Shown here piece after piece: positions 58,240-64,000 of a stretch of DNA of 64,000 bases (the first letter of the stretch is position 1; each line of letters opens with the position of its first letter). The position numbers and the translations under genes are program-made. Origin of the DNA: Candidatus Latescibacterota bacterium (lineage in GTDB: Bacteria; Latescibacterota; UBA2968; UBA8231); the NCBI GenBank assembly GCA_963422735.1, contig OY730476.1, positions 3,712,001-3,776,000 on the forward strand. The letters are read 5' to 3'. The notes under the pieces are model-generated. The model searched no databases and was not told where the DNA came from. It saw only the letters and a list, made by a program, of their open reading frames with translations.

Positions 58240-59934
58240 CTAGGCCGCCGACTCCCGCAAGTGCAGGTCCTTGATGACCATCTGCACAGCGCCGTTGCCT
58301 GTATAGGTGTCTGCCTCCAGCTCGAAAGCCGCGCTCAGCCAGTCGCCCGGCTGCACCTTGTCCGAGAGGCCTTTTTGGTTCCACCACAGCGCAGCACAAC
58401 GGCGACCGGCTACCTCCAATTCGGCCTTGAAGTGGCGGCCGTCGGTGCCAATCTGCCGTGCCGAAACGACCCGGCAGCCCTCTAGGGCAAAAACCGGACG
58501 CCGGTGTCCGTTGCCAAAAGGCTCTAGTGCGGCGAGTTGCTCCACCGTGTCTAGCGTCAAATCGGCCGGCTTGAGCATCAGGTCGATGTCCAAGACAGGT
58601 TGCAGTGCCTCGGTGCTAATGTGGGCGTTGGCGTGGTCAATCAGCGCGAGGCGAAAGGACTCAAAGGCGTCAACCGCGAGCGAAAAACCCGCGGCCGCCG
58701 GATGGCCGCCATGCGTCTCCAAGTGCTCTTCGCAGGCGTGGATTCCTGCGCTGATGTCGTAGCACGGGATGCTGCGGGCCGAGCCTACGCAGAGGCCGTG
58801 GCCGCTGTCTTGGGTACACACAACGGCAGGGCGGGCGTATTCTTCGCACAACTTGCTGGCCAACAGGCCGACAATCCCCGCCTTCCACTCCCCCAGCACC
58901 ACGAGGATGTGGTCCTCCACGTCCTCCTCCGGGCCGACCTGTTCCTCTACCTCCCGTATGCCCTCGCGCTGCCAAGCCTGCCGCTGGGCGTTGAGCCGGT
59001 TGAGTTCATCGGCGAACTGCGCAGCCTCTCCCTCGTTTTCGGAGCGCAAAAGTCGCAGCGCCAGATCGGGTGTCTTCAAGCGACCGGCGACATTGATCCG
59101 CGGCCCCAAGCGAAAACCCAAGCTGGCCGCATCGAGGGGCTGGTCTCGGATGTTGGCCACCCTCTTGAGCGCACGCAGCCCAAGGCGTTTGGTACGCTGG
59201 AGGATCTGTAGGCCGCGCTGGATAAACAGGCGATTTTCCCCCAGCACGGGCACTATATCGGCCACCGTCCCCAGGGCCACGAGGTCGAGCGATTCGTTGA
59301 GATAGCGGCGGCGCTCTTCTCCGGCGAGAAAGGCTTCGCTGAGGGCCTGCACTAGCTTGAAGGTGACGCCGACGCCAGCCAAGTCCTTAAAAGGATACGC
59401 ACAATCGCGGCGATTGGGGTTGACGATGGCGAGGGCACGCGGCAGTTCGGCGAGTTGGTGGTGGTGATCAACTACGACGACCTCCACGCCGCGCATTTCG
59501 GCCAACTCTAGGGCATCGTAGGCCGAAATGCCATTGTCAACCGTGACGATGAGGCGTGCCCCCTTTGCTAGGGCGCGCTCGACTCCGGGCGGCTTGAGGC
59601 CGTATCCGTCCTTGTGGCGATCGGGCAAGAGGCAGTCGCAGTCGGCACCCACGCGCTCGAGAAAATCCATCAGCACGGCGGTGCTGCAAACCCCGTCCAC
59701 GTCGTAGTCGCCGTACACGACGATCTTCTCGCGGACGCGCACGGCGCGTTCTAGGCGCGCAACCGCCGTTGACATGTCCTGCATTTGCTCGGGCGGGTGC
59801 AGGGCTTCAGGGCCGACTTGCAACTCGGCGCAGGTCAGGCCGCGGCTGGCGAGCAGGGCATCAATTAAGCTATCGTACGGGTCGTCGCGGCTGACATTCC
59901 AGACGGGGTAACGGCGCATAATCATCTTAGACAA
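58240..59934 (-). CDS. recJ: ssDNA-specific exonuclease RecJ
   Basis: GDYDVDG, TVDNG, DHH, GTVAD, GSARS, GGHPAAAG. Confidence 0.95.
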   Translation of the reverse strand: MSKMIMRRYPVWNVSRDDPYDSLIDALLASRGLTCAELQVGPEALHPPEQMQDMSTAVARLERAVRVREKIVVYGDYDVDGVCSTAVLMDFLERVGADCDCLLPDRHKDGYGLKPPGVERALAKGARLIVTVDNGISAYDALELAEMRGVEVVVVDHHHQLAELPRALAIVNPNRRDCAYPFKDLAGVGVTFKLVQALSEAFLAGEERRRYLNESLDLVALGTVADIVPVLGENRLFIQRGLQILQRTKRLGLRALKRVANIRDQPLDAASLGFRLGPRINVAGRLKTPDLALRLLRSENEGEAAQFADELNRLNAQRQAWQREGIREVEEQVGPEEDVEDHILVVLGEWKAGIVGLLASKLCEEYARPAVVCTQDSGHGLCVGSARSIPCYDISAGIHACEEHLETHGGHPAAAGFSLAVDAFESFRLALIDHANAHISTEALQPVLDIDLMLKPADLTLDTVEQLAALEPFGNGHRRPVFALEGCRVVSARQIGTDGRHFKAELEVAGRRCAALWWNQKGLSDKVQPGDWLSAAFELEADTYTGNGAVQMVIKDLHLRESAA

Positions 59935-60078
59935 TCTACCTCTATATGGGGGTTTATATGACGTGGCTCAGACAATAATATCAAACGCGGCAAAACCCGG
60001 TCAAGCGCTTGCCTAGACGCTAGTGTTGAGTACATTTATCCGCTGTACTTTTTGAACTTAATCACTCGGGGAAATTAC

Positions 60079-61290
60079 ATGTTGCTTTACTATATATATA
60101 TAGCCCTCCTATGTGTCGCCGCGTTGCCCTGTCTCGCGGCCGCTGGTCCCAACGCAGACGCCGAAATCTTCATCGGCGAAGAAGGCCCCTTCTGCGGGTT
60201 TGCAGCCAATAGCACCGTGGAGTTTAGCGTCTCGGCGCGCAACATGCACAGCGTGCGCCAGGTCAAATTCGAGTTTAGCTGGGAGCCGGCCGACGCCATT
60301 GTCGCGATCTCGGGCGCGCTAGGCGAGACGGCTAGGGCCAATTCCTTTGTCGCCCCAGGGCCACCGCAAATAACAGGTCAGACCGCCCAATGGGGTATAG
60401 CGACTCTCGGCGGTGCAGGGATAGCGGGCGAGGGCCATCTCGCGAACATGGCGTTCACCTTGGCCGACTCCATCCGCCCCACCACGCCCATAGACATCTA
60501 CCTGGATGTGGTGTCGCTCGGGCCTTCTTTTGATGGGCGCGACTCCATCCGCCCCCAAGTCGCCCTCTTGCGCAATTACTGCGACGCTGAGGGGCAGGCT
60601 TTGCCGGACGGCATCTTCCTCCACTCGGTCGGGCAAAACCACTCCCTTTCTACAGCCGGCACCGGCGGCTTGGCCGACGACAGTGAAGGCGAAATCCTCG
60701 TGTCGGCGCGCTTCTTGCAGGCAGGGCACTTCCGCACTGGCGCGTCCTTTATCTGGGACATTACCAACTCTGGAGCAGGCCCGGCGAACGCGTTAGTCAA
60801 CGGCGAAGCCATTCTCATCCCGGCCGGCGCGACCCAGCAGGTAACAACCACTAGCGACGAGCGCGGCCAGACCTACCTGCTCCTCGACTCCGAACAGGCT
60901 ACCACGCTCGTTTTCGAGATCTGCGCCGAAGGATCGTGCGCTGAAACCCAAGTAGAGTGGGGCCTTGCCACGTCCATCCTCGAGCCATCCGGCTTCGCTC
61001 TGCCGCGCGAACTGCTCCTCGCCCCGAACTACCCCAATCCCTTTAACGCCGGCACCGCTATCCCCTTTGCCATCCCCGAGGGCGAGCCTCGCTTTGCCCA
61101 AATCGACATCTTCAACCTAATGGGTCAAAAGGTAGCCACGCCCTTTGCGGCGAGCACACCCCCGGGGCGGCACGTGGCCCACTGGGATAGCCAGTCGGCA
61201 ACCGGTGCGCCGGCGGCCAGCGGCCTTTACATCTATCGCTTGCGGACAGATTCGGCCGAGCGGCACCGCGCCATGCTCCTCTTGCGCTGA
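60079..61290 (+). CDS. Secreted protein with T9SS type-A-like/FlgD C-terminal domain
   Basis: Signal peptide; NYPNPFN...IFNLMGQKV...WD...ASGLYIYRL..MLLLR. Confidence 0.75.
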   Translation: MLLYYIYIALLCVAALPCLAAAGPNADAEIFIGEEGPFCGFAANSTVEFSVSARNMHSVRQVKFEFSWEPADAIVAISGALGETARANSFVAPGPPQITGQTAQWGIATLGGAGIAGEGHLANMAFTLADSIRPTTPIDIYLDVVSLGPSFDGRDSIRPQVALLRNYCDAEGQALPDGIFLHSVGQNHSLSTAGTGGLADDSEGEILVSARFLQAGHFRTGASFIWDITNSGAGPANALVNGEAILIPAGATQQVTTTSDERGQTYLLLDSEQATTLVFEICAEGSCAETQVEWGLATSILEPSGFALPRELLLAPNYPNPFNAGTAIPFAIPEGEPRFAQIDIFNLMGQKVATPFAASTPPGRHVAHWDSQSATGAPAASGLYIYRLRTDSAERHRAMLLLR

Positions 61291-61293
61291 GCC

Positions 61294-62643
61294 GTGCGCC
61301 CTCCCGACCCAGCCCGCCTTGCGGCTACGCGTCTCCTCCGCGACCTAGAGCAGCAGGCCCAGCCCTTCGACGAATTGTTACAAGCCCTCGACGCGAGCTT
61401 GCCGACCAACCGCGACGTGCGCTTCGCCCGCCAGCTAGTTTTCGGTGCGGTGCGGTGGCAGAAGCGGCTCGATTGGATCATCGCCACCTGCTGTACTCGC
61501 CCGATCGCCCAACTTTCGCCCTGGGCCCGCCACATCCTGCGCCTCGGCACCTATCAGCTCTTCTGGCTCGATCGAGTTCCCCAGTCTGCGGCCGTCCACA
61601 CCTCGGTCGAGCTAGCCAAGCACTTGACGCACCAAGGTATCGCCTCATTGGTCAATGCCGTGCTCCGCAACTTGCTGCGGCAACGCGCACGGGTTCGCTA
61701 CCCCGATCAGCGGCAAAGCCCGGCTCGTTACCTAGCGGTGTACCACTCCCACCCCGAGTGGCTGGTCCAGCGCTGGATCGGCCGCTGGGGCCGCGAAATC
61801 GCCGAGCATTTGCTCGTGGCCAACAACCAGCCCGCCGCACTCAACATCTACCTCAATCCGCTGCGCACCAGCCGCGGGCTGGCCGCCGAACTCGACCTAG
61901 TTCCGGTTGAGTCAAGGCCGGGCTTTTACCGAGCGACGAACGGCGCGGACCTCTTTGCCTCACGCGCATACCAGCAGGGGCAGTTTCAAGTCCAAGACCC
62001 CAACGCCGGCTTGGCTGTGGCCCTGCTCGACCCGCAGCCGGGCGAACGCCTGCTCGACCTGTGCAGTGCGCCCGGTGGCAAGGCCGTGCAAGCTGCCATC
62101 GCCATGGCCGACCGCGGCTGGGTCATAGCCGCCGACATTTCGCTGCCGCGACTAAATCGAGTGCGCGAAAACGCCCGACGCCTGCGCCTGTACACCATCC
62201 GCCCAGTGGCCCGCGACGGCACGACCCCCGGGTGCGGTGCCTTCGATCGAGTTCTCGCCGATGTGCCCTGCAGTGCCACCGGCGTACTCGGACGGCGACC
62301 AGACGCCCGCTGGCGCCGCGAGTCAGCCGAATTGGCGGCATTGACCGCGCGGCAGCAAGTACTCATCCAACGCGCTTACGAGCACCTGCGTCCCGGCGGC
62401 GTCTTGGTATATAGCACCTGTAGCTTGGAGAAAGAGGAGAACGAGGCTATTGTCGAGCGTTTCTTAAAGCAGACCCCAACTGCCCGTCTGGAGCGCGCCG
62501 ATGCCCACTTTCCCGCCCAGCCTTGGGCCGGCCGCTACGTACTGACCATACCGGGCCAACACGCTGGCGACGGCAGTTTTGCTGCGCGCATCCGCAAAGG
62601 TACCGCCCTTTCGGGTCGGCGGAGAAAGCATTTCGCATCGTGA
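61294..62643 (+). CDS. rsmB: 16S rRNA m5C967 methyltransferase
   Basis: NusB-like N-terminus, SHPEW, DLCSAPGGK, DVPCSATG, YSTCS. Confidence 0.93.
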   Translation: MRPPDPARLAATRLLRDLEQQAQPFDELLQALDASLPTNRDVRFARQLVFGAVRWQKRLDWIIATCCTRPIAQLSPWARHILRLGTYQLFWLDRVPQSAAVHTSVELAKHLTHQGIASLVNAVLRNLLRQRARVRYPDQRQSPARYLAVYHSHPEWLVQRWIGRWGREIAEHLLVANNQPAALNIYLNPLRTSRGLAAELDLVPVESRPGFYRATNGADLFASRAYQQGQFQVQDPNAGLAVALLDPQPGERLLDLCSAPGGKAVQAAIAMADRGWVIAADISLPRLNRVRENARRLRLYTIRPVARDGTTPGCGAFDRVLADVPCSATGVLGRRPDARWRRESAELAALTARQQVLIQRAYEHLRPGGVLVYSTCSLEKEENEAIVERFLKQTPTARLERADAHFPAQPWAGRYVLTIPGQHAGDGSFAARIRKGTALSGRRRKHFAS

Positions 62644-63413
62644 AAAACATCCTCCGCCAATTGGGCCTGCTCGCGGCATCCGCGCTCCTCTCCGGTGTCC
62701 TCCTCCTCGTCTTGCTCGATGAGATCGTCATGCCTTACGTAGTCGATGTCCCCAGCGTCCGCGTACCCGACCTCAAGGGCCTTTTCGCGCCGGAGGCATC
62801 TGCCCGCCTCGGAGAAGAGGATCTGGAGATGACCATCGGCGATTCGCTGCATCACGAGACCATCCCAGCCGAGGCGGTCGTCGATCAAGATCCAAGTGCT
62901 GGACAATCGGTTAAAAAGGGGCGGCGCATCGTCGTGACCGTGAGTAAAGGGCCACGCTACTACGAAGTGCCCGACGTGCGCCGCGTTAGCCTCCGCGAGG
63001 CGCGTCTGCAACTAGAGGAAAACCAGCTAAAGAGCGGCCGAATCCTCTACCGCTCCTCAGATGCCCTCCCCGAGGGCGCTGTCGTCGAGCAGTCGCCCCC
63101 CCCGGACGCTCGGCTCGCCCGTGGCAGCGCGGTTGACCTACAGGTCAGCAACGGCCCGCCCACGGCCCTCAAGCGCGTCCCGAATATAGTCGGCCTGTCC
63201 ATCAAAGTTGTGGACGATACCTTGCGCAAATACGAAATGCGCATCGGCCATATTGCCAAGCGCATTGACGAGCAAAAACCCGTCGGCACAGTCCTAGCAC
63301 AAGCACCTACGAGGGAGCAGCGCATCCCGCGCCACAGCCGGATCGACCTCGTCGTCAGCACCGCGGCACCATCCCCGGCACCGGATGCCTTCGACGACTG
63401 GGAGGAACCATGA
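62640..63413 (+). CDS. Membrane protein with three PASTA domains
   Basis: TM helix, VPDLKG / VPDVRR / VPNIVG with Q.P motifs; GTG start overlapping the rsmB stop. Confidence 0.88.
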   Translation: MKNILRQLGLLAASALLSGVLLLVLLDEIVMPYVVDVPSVRVPDLKGLFAPEASARLGEEDLEMTIGDSLHHETIPAEAVVDQDPSAGQSVKKGRRIVVTVSKGPRYYEVPDVRRVSLREARLQLEENQLKSGRILYRSSDALPEGAVVEQSPPPDARLARGSAVDLQVSNGPPTALKRVPNIVGLSIKVVDDTLRKYEMRIGHIAKRIDEQKPVGTVLAQAPTREQRIPRHSRIDLVVSTAAPSPAPDAFDDWEEP

Positions 63414-64000
63414 ACGCCACGCGCATCGGTCCCTCCCTCTTGGCCGCCGACTTCGCCCGCCTGGCCGAGGACATTGATCGCGTCGAGCGCGGAGGGGCTG
63501 ATTTTCTTCATCTCGACGTAATGGATGGGCACTTCGTCCCCAACCTCAGCTTTGGGCTGCCGGTCATCGCGGCCGTGCGTCAAACGACCCGTCTCGAACT
63601 CAACACGCATCTGATGTTGCAAGATCCCTTGCCCTTTATCGGCCCTTTCAAAGAGGCGGGCGCGGACTCACTCGTCGTCCACGTGGAAATCGAGTCCGAC
63701 CTTTCGGCCGTGCTCGACGCCATCTGCCGGCACGGTCTCCAGTGCGGCCTCGCGGTCAATCCCAGTACGCCCGTCTCCACTCTCTATCCCTATCTCGACG
63801 CACTCGATTCGGCCTTGGTCATGTCCGTGGAGCCGGGATTTGGCGGCCAGACCTTCCAGCCGACAGCCCTCGACAAAATCCGCGACCTGTGCGCGGAAAT
63901 CGAGCGCCGTGGGCTAGACGTACCCGTCGGCATCGATGGCGGGGTCCAGCCCGGCAACGCGGCCGCCTGCCGCCAAGCCGGTGCCCGGTGCTTAGTGGCT
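63410..64000 (+). CDS. rpe: Ribulose-phosphate 3-epimerase (runs off window)
   Basis: PSLLAADF, HLDVMDGHFVPNLSFG, MSVEPGFGGQ, DGG. Confidence 0.95.
   Translation, partial: MNATRIGPSLLAADFARLAEDIDRVERGGADFLHLDVMDGHFVPNLSFGLPVIAAVRQTTRLELNTHLMLQDPLPFIGPFKEAGADSLVVHVEIESDLSAVLDAICRHGLQCGLAVNPSTPVSTLYPYLDALDSALVMSVEPGFGGQTFQPTALDKIRDLCAEIERRGLDVPVGIDGGVQPGNAAACRQAGARCLVA

Noticed and set aside
1-64000. Long antisense or alternative-frame ORFs (e.g. 1542-2651+, 35614-36633-, 44415-45401+, 55351-56142+)
   Set aside because: Shadow ORFs of GC-rich genes, with no motifs and overlapping well-supported CDSs

Overview
GC-rich bacterial chromosome window. A Candidatus Latescibacterota-like (FCB-group) host is my inference from its FlgD/T9SS-type tails, DUF6785-like transporters and tandem PhyH. 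The left part (1-11.8 kb) holds catabolic enzymes plus decayed IS200, brnT/antitoxin and araFGH remnants. The centre (11.9-37 kb) is the best candidate for an undescribed system: an 8-gene envelope operon made of a secreted 'TAV..SW..K'-tailed protein, a lipoprotein, three paralogous discoidin/WSxWS/TPNGD-FlgD proteins, an 879-aa probable beta-barrel, and PpiC and TPR lipoproteins. Divergent from it are CRTAC1/FG-GAP and TPR genes, then a FadR-type regulator, a DUF5107 protein and a sugar-ABC/sulfatase operon. The envelope operon and the ABC/sulfatase operon share a near-identical sigma70 promoter and a 17-bp palindromic operator, which suggests a non-SusCD, PUL-like uptake regulon. The right part has decaying ABC operons, an orphan omegaRNA/HEARO-like structured RNA (46.87-47.29 kb), an IS5 remnant, a mini-insertion flanked by 45-bp direct repeats, and housekeeping genes (apgM, recJ, rsmB, PASTA protein, rpe). 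No rRNA, tRNA or CRISPR was seen. All family calls come from motif recognition by eye, not database searches.
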